NCBI RefSeq assembly: GCF_036275555.1
Contig: NZ_DASUDO010000048.1
Coordinates: forward strand, 30,665-94,664
DNA length: 64,000 bases
Direction: 5' to 3'
Source: Arenimonas sp.
GTDB taxonomy: Bacteria > Pseudomonadota > Gammaproteobacteria > Xanthomonadales > Xanthomonadaceae
In this document: positions 26,669 to 35,515 of the stretch, piece after piece
Layout of the letters: each line of letters begins with the position of its first letter
Position numbering within the stretch: position 1 is the stretch's first letter
Translations under genes and position numbers: made by a program
The notes under the pieces: generated by a model
What the model was told of the DNA's origin: nothing
The model's input: only the letters and a program-made list of their open reading frames with translations
The model's database searches: none

Positions 26669-26908
26669 ATGCGAATGTTGCACGGGCTGGCCGTCATCGC
26701 CTTCATCGTCCTCGCGGCGGTCGCGGTCGCGCAGTTCGACGCTGGCTTGGTTCCCTTGTGGAAAGCACTGCTGCTTCCCCTCGGCGGATTCCTGATGCCG
26801 TACGCCGTCGCGTTTTTCTGGGCGTTCAGCGTAGCCCCGCCGGACTTGCGCGAGTTGGTGCATGCCTGGCGGTCTCGAAGGACCAAGGCGGGCCGGGGGG
26901 GAGAGTAG
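26669..26908 (+). CDS. Small hypothetical two-TM membrane protein
   Basis: 79-aa ORF filling the intergenic gap, two hydrophobic segments, lower GC3. Confidence 0.45.
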   Translation: MRMLHGLAVIAFIVLAAVAVAQFDAGLVPLWKALLLPLGGFLMPYAVAFFWAFSVAPPDLRELVHAWRSRRTKAGRGGE

Positions 26909-26927
26909 GAACCGGGCACTGTTGGAC

Positions 26928-26967
26928 ATCCGCCTTTATCCGCGCCCATCCGCCCTTATCCGCGTTC
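26928..26967. repeat. Tandem decamer repeat (ATCCGCNNNN)x4
   Basis: ATCCGCCTTT ATCCGCGCCC ATCCGCCCTT ATCCGCGTTC. Confidence 0.75.
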
Positions 26968-27017
26968 AATTCCAGCCCCGCCATCGAAGCGGCCGCGCAA
27001 TGCCGTCGCGAAGAACC

Positions 27018-28910
27018 TCAGCGCAGCGTCGCGCGCCACGCCTGGAACATCAGCACGCCCCACAGGTGCGTGTGCCACTTGCGCTCGCCGGCCAGGAACT
27101 CGCGCCACAGCGCGCGGATCGGCGCCGGGTCGAAGTGGCCTTCCTCGCGCAGCCGCGGCTCGGACAGCTGCGCCTCGGCCCAATCGCGCAGCGGCCCGCG
27201 CAGCCAGTCGCCGACGGGTGCGCCGAAGCCGGCCTTGCTGCGGTAGACCATTTCGCGCGGCAGGTAGCGCTCGAGCAGGCGCTTGGGCAGCACCTTGAGC
27301 TCGCCATCCCGATACTTCATCGCCATCGGCAGCGACCAGGCGAAGTCGGCGACGCGGTAGTCGAGCAGCGGCGCGCGTGCCTCCAGCGCCACCGACATGC
27401 TGGCGCGGTCCACTTTCGTGAGGATGTCCTCGGGCAGGTAGCAGGCGGTGTCGAGCGCCATCAGCGCATCGCCCGGCGTGCCGAGGCCAGGCATCGCCCG
27501 CGGATCGTCGTAGGCGGTGGCCAGGCGGCGAGCGCCGATCACCACGGCTTCCGGGTCTTTCCAATGACTGACGCGATGGCGCGCCAGGCCCTGCAGGTCG
27601 CCGGTGGCCAGCTCGGCGCGCAGTGCGGCCAGGCCGCCGAGGCGCGCGCGTTCGCCGGGATTACCCGCGAGCTTCGCCAGGGCCTTGCGCGGCAGGCGGT
27701 GCAGCAGCGCGTCGTTCTTCAGCGTGCGGGCGTAGCGGCGGTAGCCGAAGAAAAGTTCATCACCGCCGTCGCCCGAAAGCGCCACGGTGACGTGCCGGCG
27801 CGTGAGGCGGCACAGCAACGTGGTCGGGATCTGCGAGGAGTCGGCGAAGGGTTCATCGAACAGCCGGGGCAGCTCCGGCACCAAGTCCAGCGCGGCGCGG
27901 CCGTCCACGTGCAGCGGCGTGTGCGCCGTGCCGAGATGGGCGGCGACCGCGGCGGCCTGCTCGCTCTCGTCGTGCACGGCGTTGTCGAAGCCGATCGAGA
28001 ACGTGCGCACGGGCTGCGACGACTGCGCCTGCATCAGCGCGGTGACCAGCGAGGAGTCGGTGCCGCCGGACAGGAAGCTGCCCAGCGGCACGTCGGCCTC
28101 CATGCGCAGCGCGGTGGCGTCGCGCAGCAGCGCGTCGAGCCGGTCGAGCGCGGCGGCCTCGTCGCCGTCGAACCCGCGCGCGATGGCGGCGCGCTGCGCG
28201 TCGAGCGCGCTCCACCACACGCGCGGCGCGGGCAGCTCGCGCGAGGCCAGCGACGCCGCGTCCAGCCGCAGCAGGTGGCCCGCCGGCAGCTTGCGCACGC
28301 CGCGCAGGATCGAATGCGGCGCCGGGATGTAGTCGAAGCGCAGCAGCAGCGCCAGCGCATCGGGATCGACCTCGGCGCGGAACCCGGGCAGCGCGCGCAG
28401 CGCCGCCAGCTCACTGCCGAAGACCAGCCGGCCGTCGCTCAGCCCGTAATACAGAGGCTTCTTCCCGAGCCGGTCGCGCGCGAGCCACAGCACGCGTTCG
28501 TGCCGGTCCCAGGCCGCGAAGGCGAGCATGCCGTTGCCGCGCGCCAGCGCGCCTTCGACGCCCCACTGCGAAATCGCCGCCAGCAGCACTTCGGTGTCGG
28601 AGCGGCCGCGGAAGCCGTGGCCCAGCGCAACCAGCTCGGCGCGGATCGCGGCGTGGTCGTAGATCTCGCCGTTGAAGGCGATCACCCAGCGCCCGTCGGC
28701 CGAGGCCATCGGCTGGTGGCCTTCCGGGCTGAGGTCGACGATGGCCAGGCGCTGGTGCGCGAGCACGAGGCCGGTGGCGGGCTCGGCCCAGGCGCCGGCG
28801 TCGTCGGGGCCGCGGTGGGCGATGGCGGCGCCGAGGCGGCGGCCCAGGGCCAGCAGCGTGTCTTCCGGATTGCGCGCGTCGGGGAGCCAGGCGCCGGCGA
28901 TGCCGCACAT
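27018..28910 (-). CDS. asnB: Asparagine synthase (glutamine-hydrolysing) family amidotransferase
   Basis: MCGIAG, HRGPD, FNGEIY, LSGGTDSS, SGDGGDELF and KVDRASM; the glycan context suggests a sugar amidotransferase. Confidence 0.92.
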   Translation of the reverse strand: MCGIAGAWLPDARNPEDTLLALGRRLGAAIAHRGPDDAGAWAEPATGLVLAHQRLAIVDLSPEGHQPMASADGRWVIAFNGEIYDHAAIRAELVALGHGFRGRSDTEVLLAAISQWGVEGALARGNGMLAFAAWDRHERVLWLARDRLGKKPLYYGLSDGRLVFGSELAALRALPGFRAEVDPDALALLLRFDYIPAPHSILRGVRKLPAGHLLRLDAASLASRELPAPRVWWSALDAQRAAIARGFDGDEAAALDRLDALLRDATALRMEADVPLGSFLSGGTDSSLVTALMQAQSSQPVRTFSIGFDNAVHDESEQAAAVAAHLGTAHTPLHVDGRAALDLVPELPRLFDEPFADSSQIPTTLLCRLTRRHVTVALSGDGGDELFFGYRRYARTLKNDALLHRLPRKALAKLAGNPGERARLGGLAALRAELATGDLQGLARHRVSHWKDPEAVVIGARRLATAYDDPRAMPGLGTPGDALMALDTACYLPEDILTKVDRASMSVALEARAPLLDYRVADFAWSLPMAMKYRDGELKVLPKRLLERYLPREMVYRSKAGFGAPVGDWLRGPLRDWAEAQLSEPRLREEGHFDPAPIRALWREFLAGERKWHTHLWGVLMFQAWRATLR

Positions 28911-28911
28911 G

Positions 28912-29781
28912 TCAGGGGTCCTTGGGCGGCGGGATCGGGGTTGAAACACCTCCCACCGGCGGCGCGGCATTCGGGCCTGAAGGCCCTCCTACAGGGTCCG
29001 CCACGGGTTGGCCGTTCTGGAGGAGCCACAGCATCACGGTCTTCTGGCGGACGTAGTTGGCGCGGACGTAGGCGTAGACCAGGCCATGCCAGCCGTCCCG
29101 GAAGCCGCCGCGCAGCAGGTAGCCGCGCCAGAAGCGCCACGCGGGCGCGAGCACCAGCTTCGCGAGCGAGGCGCGCTTGCCGCGGGCGAACTCGTGCTCG
29201 GCCATCATGCGCGCGTACTTCTGGGTCTTCGCCAGCTGCTGCTCGAGCGAGCGGTACGGGTAGTGGATGAGATCGCCCGCCAGCGTGCGAACCGGGCCGT
29301 CGACGCTGGCGGCCTCGTGGATCTCGCGGGTGCCGCGCCAGCCGCCGCGCCGGCGGTCGAACAGCCGCAGCACGCGGTCGGGGTAAGCGTTGCCGTGGCG
29401 CAGGAAGCGCCCGAAGTAATCGGACAGCCGCGCGAACCGGTAGCCCGCCGCGCCGTTGAAGCCGGTGTCGCGCGCGACCAGGATGGCGTCGCGCAGCGCC
29501 GGTGAAACGCGCTCGTCGGCGTCCAGGCAAAGTACCCAGTCGTGCGTGGCCTGCTCGACCGCGAACTGCTTCTGGCTGCGGAAACCCTCGAACTTCCGTA
29601 GGAACACACGGGCGCCCTTCGCCTCGGCGATCGCCACGGTGGCGTCGGTGGAATGCGAGTCCACCACGATGATCTCGTCGCAGAACGCCAGCGAATCGAG
29701 GCAGTCGGCTAGGCGGCCGGCCTCGTTGAACGTGATAATGCAGGCCGAGAGGCGCGGCGACGGGGCCGGGGAGGCGTTGAT
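28912..29781 (-). CDS. Glycosyltransferase family 2 (KdtX/WaaE-like); probable non-canonical ATC start
   Basis: Frame open upstream of the called ORF through RLSACIITFNE..CDEIIVVDSHSTD; LDADE motif; no ATG/GTG/TTG between the upstream TAG and this motif. Confidence 0.85.
   Translation of the reverse strand: MNASPAPSPRLSACIITFNEAGRLADCLDSLAFCDEIIVVDSHSTDATVAIAEAKGARVFLRKFEGFRSQKQFAVEQATHDWVLCLDADERVSPALRDAILVARDTGFNGAAGYRFARLSDYFGRFLRHGNAYPDRVLRLFDRRRGGWRGTREIHEAASVDGPVRTLAGDLIHYPYRSLEQQLAKTQKYARMMAEHEFARGKRASLAKLVLAPAWRFWRGYLLRGGFRDGWHGLVYAYVRANYVRQKTVMLWLLQNGQPVADPVGGPSGPNAAPPVGGVSTPIPPPKDP
28935..28992 (-). repeat. Two GTRG-headed REP units inside the GT2 3' end
   Basis: GTAGGAGGGCCTTCAGGCCCGA (28971-28992) and GTGGGAGGTGTTTCAACCCCGA (28935-28956). 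Confidence 0.75.
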
Positions 29782-30838
29782 GGCGGAATACCTGCTGTTC
29801 GCGACGGAGCGCTATGCGCTGCCCATTCTGGGGCCGCTGGCGAGCGCGCTGCAAGCCGCCGGCCACGGCGTCAGCAGCCTGTTCGTGGCCGGCGCCGCGG
29901 GCGCCACGCTGCCGCCGCCGGTGCGCCCGGTGGACGTGCGCGGCGCGGTGGCGCTGCGGCCGCGCGCGGTGTTCAGCGCCGCCAACACGGTGCCCACCTT
30001 CGTGTCGGGCGCCAAGGTCCAGCTCTTCCACGGCTTCAACGTCGAGAAGCGCAGCGACCAACGCGGGCACTTCCGCGTGCGCGGGCTGTTCGACCTCTAC
30101 TGCACGCAGGGCCCGCTGACCACGGCGCCGTTCGCGGCGATGGCGCGCGAGCAGGGCCACTTCGCCGTGGTCGAGACCGGCTGGCCCAAGCTCGATCCGC
30201 TGTTCCGCGAAGAGGACGCCGACGCGCGCGCGCTGCGCCTGCGCGCCCGCGGCCGGCCGGTGGTGCTGTTCGCCTCCACCTTCACCGAGCGGCTGAGTGC
30301 GGCGCCGCACCTGGCCGACGCCATCGCCGCCGAGATCGCGCGCGGCGAGCGCTTCTGGATCCTCACCCTGCATCCGAAGTGCGCGCCTGGCCTGTTCGAG
30401 CGCTACCGCGCGATGGCGGGCGAAAACGCCGTCTTCGTCGAGACCGAGCAGCTGATGGCGGCGCAGCGTGCCGCCGACGTGCTGGTGGCCGACACCACCT
30501 CGGTGGTCTCGGAGTTCGCGGTGCAGCGCAAGCCGGTGGTCACTTTCCGCAACCGCGCGCCGAAGCCGCACATGCTCGATTTCGACCGGCCGGAAGACCT
30601 GCCTGCGCAGCTGGCGCGTGCGTTCGCCCCGACGCCAGGGCTCGCGAAAGCCATCGCCGATTACGCCGACGCCATCCACCCGGCCCGCGACGGCCGCGCC
30701 AGCGAGCGCGTGATCGCCGCCACCGAAGCGCTGCTGGCCGGCGAGCTGGGCGCACTGCGGCGCAAGCCGCTGTCGGCGCTGTACCGCGGCCTGCAGGTTC
30801 GCCGCGAACTGGGCTACTGGGGCCGCGCGGCGCGCTGA
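29780..30838 (+). CDS. CDP-glycerol glycerophosphotransferase (TagF-like) family protein
   Basis: VQLFHG, TGWPKLD, LFASTF, LHP and ADVLVADTTSV; GGAGG SD. Confidence 0.85.
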   Translation: MAEYLLFATERYALPILGPLASALQAAGHGVSSLFVAGAAGATLPPPVRPVDVRGAVALRPRAVFSAANTVPTFVSGAKVQLFHGFNVEKRSDQRGHFRVRGLFDLYCTQGPLTTAPFAAMAREQGHFAVVETGWPKLDPLFREEDADARALRLRARGRPVVLFASTFTERLSAAPHLADAIAAEIARGERFWILTLHPKCAPGLFERYRAMAGENAVFVETEQLMAAQRAADVLVADTTSVVSEFAVQRKPVVTFRNRAPKPHMLDFDRPEDLPAQLARAFAPTPGLAKAIADYADAIHPARDGRASERVIAATEALLAGELGALRRKPLSALYRGLQVRRELGYWGRAAR

Positions 30839-30842
30839 CGGC

Positions 30843-33143
30843 TCAGCGCGGGCGGCCCAGTTCGAGCAGGAAGATGCCCTCGCCGCCCTGGCGCAGGCCG
30901 TAGCCGAGCTGCAGCGGGCCGAGCCAGGAATCGAAGCCGAAGTAGACGCTGCCGTGCAGCTCGCCCTCCGCGCCGTCGAGGTCGGCGCCGGTGGCCCAGG
31001 TGCGGCCGTATTCGAGCGTGCCGCCCAGCACCGCCGGCCGGCTCAGCACGCGGCCCAGTTCGTAGGTGTAGCCGCCATAGACCAGCGCGTAGTTGTCGGC
31101 CAGCCGCTCGTTCGGCCGGTAGCCGGCGAAGCGCGTCAGGCCGCCGAGGCGGAACTGGCTCTGGATCGGGATCAGGTCGCTGCTCGACACGTGGTAGCGC
31201 AGGCCGGCGAAGCCCGAGTGCTTGCCGATCGCGCGGGCGTGGATCACGTCGAAGTTCGACTGGTCGAAATCGCCGTCCGCGCCCAGGCTTTCGCGCGAGG
31301 CCACCTGGCTGAACACCGCGTAGGTGCCGGCGCGCGGCAGGTAGGTGCTGTCGATGCGGTCGTAGGTGAGCGTGAACTCGGCTTCGCCCAGGTCGTAGTC
31401 GAGCTCCTCGAACAGCGGGTCGAACAGCTCGGGCTTGGCGGAGCCGTAGCGGCGGCGCACCGACAGCGTGGCCGCGCCGAAGTTGCCGAACTCGCGGCCC
31501 AGGCCGATCTCGCCGCCCCAGTTGGGCGCGCGGAAGTTCGCCAGCCGCTCGCCGTCTTCGTTGAAGAGGGTGAACTTGGGGCTCTCGCCGCTGAGCTGCA
31601 GCAGCGTGAAGTAGTCGCTGTTGGCGCCCAGCGGCTGGTACCAGTCCATCAGCAGGCCGGGCTCGTCGCCCAGCTGCAGCAGCCCGCGCACTTCGCCGCC
31701 GCTTTCGTTCACGGGCGCGCGCAGCACGCCGGCGCGCAGGTTCACGAAGAAGTCGCCGCTGAAATCGGAGTACAGGCTCAGGCCGGTCTCGAGGTAGTTC
31801 GGGCCGTAGCTGTGCGGCACCACGCGCACCACCACGCCGGTGCGGCCGTCTTCCTCGATCAGGTCGTAGGTCACCAGGTCCATGGTGTCCAGGCCGTAGA
31901 TGCGCTGCAGATTCTCCTGCAGGCGCGTGGTGTCCAGCGGTTGGCCGGGCGCGACGTCCAGCCGCGCCAGCAGGAAGGCGTCGGCGTAGCGGCTGCGGTT
32001 GTCCAGGCGCACGAAGTCGACCACCGGTGCGTCGCGCGAGGGCTGGTCGCGCGTGGCCATCGCGGCCTCGTAGGTTTCCGCCGGCAGCGCCAGCGCCGCG
32101 AGCCGCGGGCGCAGCTCCTCGATGCCCCGCTCGCCGAGCTCCATCGCCAGTTCGATCTTTGCGAAGTCCGAGGTCGACACCTCGGCGCCCAGCGGCGGCC
32201 GCACCAGCAGGTCGCGCGGGCCGAGCGTGGTGGTCTGGGCGCGCGCGCTGCCCACGGTCATGAAGCCGCTGATCTGGTCGACGATGGAGAACAGGCTGGC
32301 GCCTTCGTCGAGCTTGGACAGCGGCGTGCTCACGTCCACCGCGATCACCACGTCGGCGCCCATCGCCCGCACCACGTCCACCGGCACCTGGTTGGCCAGG
32401 CCGCCGTCCACCAGCACTTTCCCGTCCACCACCACCGGCTTGAAGATGCCCGGGATGGACATGCTGGCGCGCATCGCCAACGCCAGGTTGCCCGAGCCAA
32501 GCACCACGGCCTGGCCGGAGTTGAGGTCGGTGGCGACGGCGCGGAAGGGGATCGGCAGCGCGTCGAAGTCATCGCGCGTGGCCACGGGCTGGGTCAGCTC
32601 CTCGAGCAGCAGCAGCGCGCGCTCGCCGGAGAGCACGCCGGGCGCGATCTTCAGGCCCTCGTTGCCGATGCCGGGCTTGCCGGCCACCAGCGCCAGGTCG
32701 TCGTCGCGCTTGCGGCGGAAGGAGCGCTGCGGCCGCTCCAGGCGGTCCACGAACATGCTGCCCCAGTCCATCGCGCGCATCTGCTTCTCGAGCTCGACCG
32801 CGCTCATGCCCGAGGCGTACAGCCCGCCGACGATCGCGCCCATGCTGGTGCCGGCGATGCAGTCCACCGGGATGCGCTGCCGCTCGAGCTCCTTGAGCAC
32901 CGCGACGTGCGCGAAGCCGCGCGCACCGCCGCCGCCGAGCACCAGGCCGATCCGCGGCCGCGTGTCGCCCTCCGCGCGCAGCCCGCAGGACGTCGCCACG
33001 GCGCCATTCGCGACGTCGGCGGACGCGGTCAGGTCCGGAGCCTGGCCTGGTTCGGGCCCCGCGCCCGGGTCCACGCCCTGGGCCCGGGCAAACGGGGCGA
33101 GGGCGACGAGGCCGATCAGCAGGACGAGGTGGGACAGGGGCAT
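30843..33143 (-). CDS. Patatin-like phospholipase with POTRA and Omp85-type barrel (PlpD/type Vd-like)
   Basis: Signal peptide, GGGARG, GTSMG and DGG, followed by a POTRA-like segment and a beta-strand-rich C-terminus. Confidence 0.88.
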   Translation of the reverse strand: MPLSHLVLLIGLVALAPFARAQGVDPGAGPEPGQAPDLTASADVANGAVATSCGLRAEGDTRPRIGLVLGGGGARGFAHVAVLKELERQRIPVDCIAGTSMGAIVGGLYASGMSAVELEKQMRAMDWGSMFVDRLERPQRSFRRKRDDDLALVAGKPGIGNEGLKIAPGVLSGERALLLLEELTQPVATRDDFDALPIPFRAVATDLNSGQAVVLGSGNLALAMRASMSIPGIFKPVVVDGKVLVDGGLANQVPVDVVRAMGADVVIAVDVSTPLSKLDEGASLFSIVDQISGFMTVGSARAQTTTLGPRDLLVRPPLGAEVSTSDFAKIELAMELGERGIEELRPRLAALALPAETYEAAMATRDQPSRDAPVVDFVRLDNRSRYADAFLLARLDVAPGQPLDTTRLQENLQRIYGLDTMDLVTYDLIEEDGRTGVVVRVVPHSYGPNYLETGLSLYSDFSGDFFVNLRAGVLRAPVNESGGEVRGLLQLGDEPGLLMDWYQPLGANSDYFTLLQLSGESPKFTLFNEDGERLANFRAPNWGGEIGLGREFGNFGAATLSVRRRYGSAKPELFDPLFEELDYDLGEAEFTLTYDRIDSTYLPRAGTYAVFSQVASRESLGADGDFDQSNFDVIHARAIGKHSGFAGLRYHVSSSDLIPIQSQFRLGGLTRFAGYRPNERLADNYALVYGGYTYELGRVLSRPAVLGGTLEYGRTWATGADLDGAEGELHGSVYFGFDSWLGPLQLGYGLRQGGEGIFLLELGRPR

Positions 33144-33224
33144 GGCGGGACTCCGAGGGACCCCGCATTGTTCCGCATCCCTCCGCCCGCAACCATCGCT
33201 TCGGCGTGAAGCCTCAGCCGCGCT

Positions 33225-34100
33225 TCAGGCCGACAGCACCGCGCGCGGGTCCTGCCCGGCCGGGCAGTGGTCGAAGGTGACGGGAATGCCGTGCGCCCCG
33301 AGCACCGCGGCGAACTGGCGCTGGCGCATCTGGAAGCGCTCGAAGGCGCGGCCCAGCGCGGCCGCGTCGGCGCCGGCGGGCGCGAAGCCGCCCTCGGACC
33401 AGGCGTCAGCGTCGAGCATGGCCATCCGCACCTCGCCGCCGGCGTAGCGCGCCAGCGGTTCGGGCGGCGCATCCAGCCATTGCTCGCTTTCCGGCGCCAG
33501 CAGCGCGGCTTCGACCAGCGGCCACAGCGGGCCCAGGCCGGCGTGGTCGTACTGCATGGCCATCATCGCGGCCAGGTCGTTGAGGGTCAGCAGGCGCGCG
33601 TGCTCGACCGCGGCGCCGAAGCCGTCCTGCGCCAGCAGCGCGGTGTCGGCGCCGGCCATGCCGGTGTCGAGCAGCACCTGCTCCATGCGCTCGCCGACCT
33701 CGGCCACGGCGGCCGGCCCGCCCCGCACCAGCAGCGGCAACAGGCGCAGCGGGCCCTCCGCGTGTTCGGGCGCGGGCCGCAGCGGCGGCGGCAGGCCCTC
33801 GGCGCCGGCGCCGAAGCCGATCACGCGGCCGCCGGCGGCGCCAGGGGCGCGGGCCACGAGGCGCTCGAGTTCGGCGTGCAGCGGATAGCCCGGGCGCAGC
33901 AGCTCCACCGGGTCGAACAGCGCCGCCACCAGGCCCAGGTCGAGCGCGGCGGCGCCCGGAACCAGCTTGTCGAGGTCCCGGGCGACGAGGGCGGCCAGGG
34001 CCCCGGCCTCGTCCGTCGACAGCGCCGTCCGGCCGGCCACCGCGCCGGGCGAGAGTTCGACGGCGAGGGCGCCAAGGCAGCTGAGGTCGGGATTCGGCAT
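33225..34100 (-). CDS. Hypothetical protein
   Basis: Long ORF with host-like GC3 and no recognisable motif; start at 34100 or 34106. Confidence 0.7.
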   Translation of the reverse strand: MPNPDLSCLGALAVELSPGAVAGRTALSTDEAGALAALVARDLDKLVPGAAALDLGLVAALFDPVELLRPGYPLHAELERLVARAPGAAGGRVIGFGAGAEGLPPPLRPAPEHAEGPLRLLPLLVRGGPAAVAEVGERMEQVLLDTGMAGADTALLAQDGFGAAVEHARLLTLNDLAAMMAMQYDHAGLGPLWPLVEAALLAPESEQWLDAPPEPLARYAGGEVRMAMLDADAWSEGGFAPAGADAAALGRAFERFQMRQRQFAAVLGAHGIPVTFDHCPAGQDPRAVLSA

Positions 34101-34169
34101 GGGCATACGGTGGCGTCGGGTTATGATCGCGATCATACCGCTGCACCGTTATCGCAAGGAGTGAATCCG

Positions 34170-35447
34170 ATGTCGCCCATCCGTCGTGTCGCCATCCTCG
34201 GCGGCGTCCGCATCCCCTTCGTCCGCAACAACACGGCCTACCACGACGTCGGCAACCTGGGCATGTCGATCAAGGCGCTGGGCGCCGTGGTCGAGAAGTT
34301 CAAGCTGCACGGCGAGGCGCTGGGCGAAGTGGCCATGGGCGCGGTGCTCAAGCACAGCAGCGACTGGAACATCGGCCGCGAGGCGGGGCTGAGCTCGGGC
34401 CTGTCGCCGGCGACGCCGGGCATCACGATGCAGCGCGCCTGCGGCACCTCGCTCGACACCGTGATCCACATCGCCAACAAGATCGCCGTGGGCCAGATCG
34501 AGGCCGGCATCGGCGGCGGTTCGGACACCACCTCCGACGTGCCGATCGCGGTGAACAAGCGCCTGCGCCGCCGCCTGCTCGACGCCAACATGGCGCGCAG
34601 CTTCGGCGCGCGGCTCAAGGCGTTCAAGGGTTTCAAGTTCAAGGAGCTCAAGCCCGAGTTCCCGGGCGTCGGCGAGCCGCGCACCGGCAAGTCGATGGGC
34701 GAGCACTGCGAGATGATGGCCAAGGAGTGGCAGATCACCCGCGAGGACCAGGACCAGCTGGCCTTCGAGTCGCACACCAAGGCCGCCGCGGCCTACGAGC
34801 GCGGCTTCTTCGCCGACCTGGTCACGCCCTTCCGCGGCGTCGAGCGCGACAACATCCTGCGCCCCGACACCACCCGCGAGAAGCTGGCCACGCTCAAGCC
34901 CGCCTTCGACCGCACGTCCGGCCAGGGCACGCTGACCGCGGGCAACTCCACGCCGCTCACCGACGGCGCCTCCGCCGCGCTGCTCGCGTCCGAGGACTGG
35001 GCGCGTGCGCGCGGCCTGGAAGTGCAGGCCTACCTGCGCGACGCCCAGGTGGCCGCCGTCGATTTCGTGCACGGCGAAGGCCTGCTGATGGCGCCGTGCT
35101 GGGCCGTCGCCCAGCTGCTGAAGCGAAACAACCTGACGCTGCAGGACTTCGATTTCTACGAGATCCACGAGGCTTTCGCCGCGCAGGTGCTGTGCACGCT
35201 CAAGGCCTGGGAGGATGAAACCTTCTGCCGCGAGAAACTCGGCTGGGACGGCGCGCTGGGCCGCATCGACCGCGCGAAGCTCAACGTCGTCGGCAGCTCG
35301 CTGGCCGTGGGCCATCCCTTCGCCGCCACCGGCGCCCGCATCGTCGCCACCGCCGCCAAGCTGCTCAAGGAAAAAGGCAGCGGCCGCGTGCTGGTCTCGG
35401 TTTGCACCGCCGGCGGCATGGGCGTCGCCGCCATCATCGAACGCTGA
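34170..35447 (+). CDS. Acetyl-CoA C-acyltransferase (FadI-like thiolase)
   Basis: RACGTS, GNSTPLTDGA, HEAFA, GHPFAATG and CTAGGMG; AAGGAG SD. Confidence 0.93.
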   Translation: MSPIRRVAILGGVRIPFVRNNTAYHDVGNLGMSIKALGAVVEKFKLHGEALGEVAMGAVLKHSSDWNIGREAGLSSGLSPATPGITMQRACGTSLDTVIHIANKIAVGQIEAGIGGGSDTTSDVPIAVNKRLRRRLLDANMARSFGARLKAFKGFKFKELKPEFPGVGEPRTGKSMGEHCEMMAKEWQITREDQDQLAFESHTKAAAAYERGFFADLVTPFRGVERDNILRPDTTREKLATLKPAFDRTSGQGTLTAGNSTPLTDGASAALLASEDWARARGLEVQAYLRDAQVAAVDFVHGEGLLMAPCWAVAQLLKRNNLTLQDFDFYEIHEAFAAQVLCTLKAWEDETFCREKLGWDGALGRIDRAKLNVVGSSLAVGHPFAATGARIVATAAKLLKEKGSGRVLVSVCTAGGMGVAAIIER

Positions 35448-35456
35448 AAGCCCGGT

Positions 35457-35511
35457 AAAAGGGGTCAGAGTAAATATTTGTTTCAAACAAATATTTACTC
35501 TGACCCCTTTT
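35457..35511. repeat. Perfect 27-bp inverted repeat (AAAAGGGGTCAGAGTAAATATTTGTTT-C-reverse complement); REP/TIR-like, probable bidirectional terminator
   Basis: Read directly; lies between the convergent thiolase and hemY genes. Confidence 0.9.
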
Positions 35512-35515
35512 TTTC

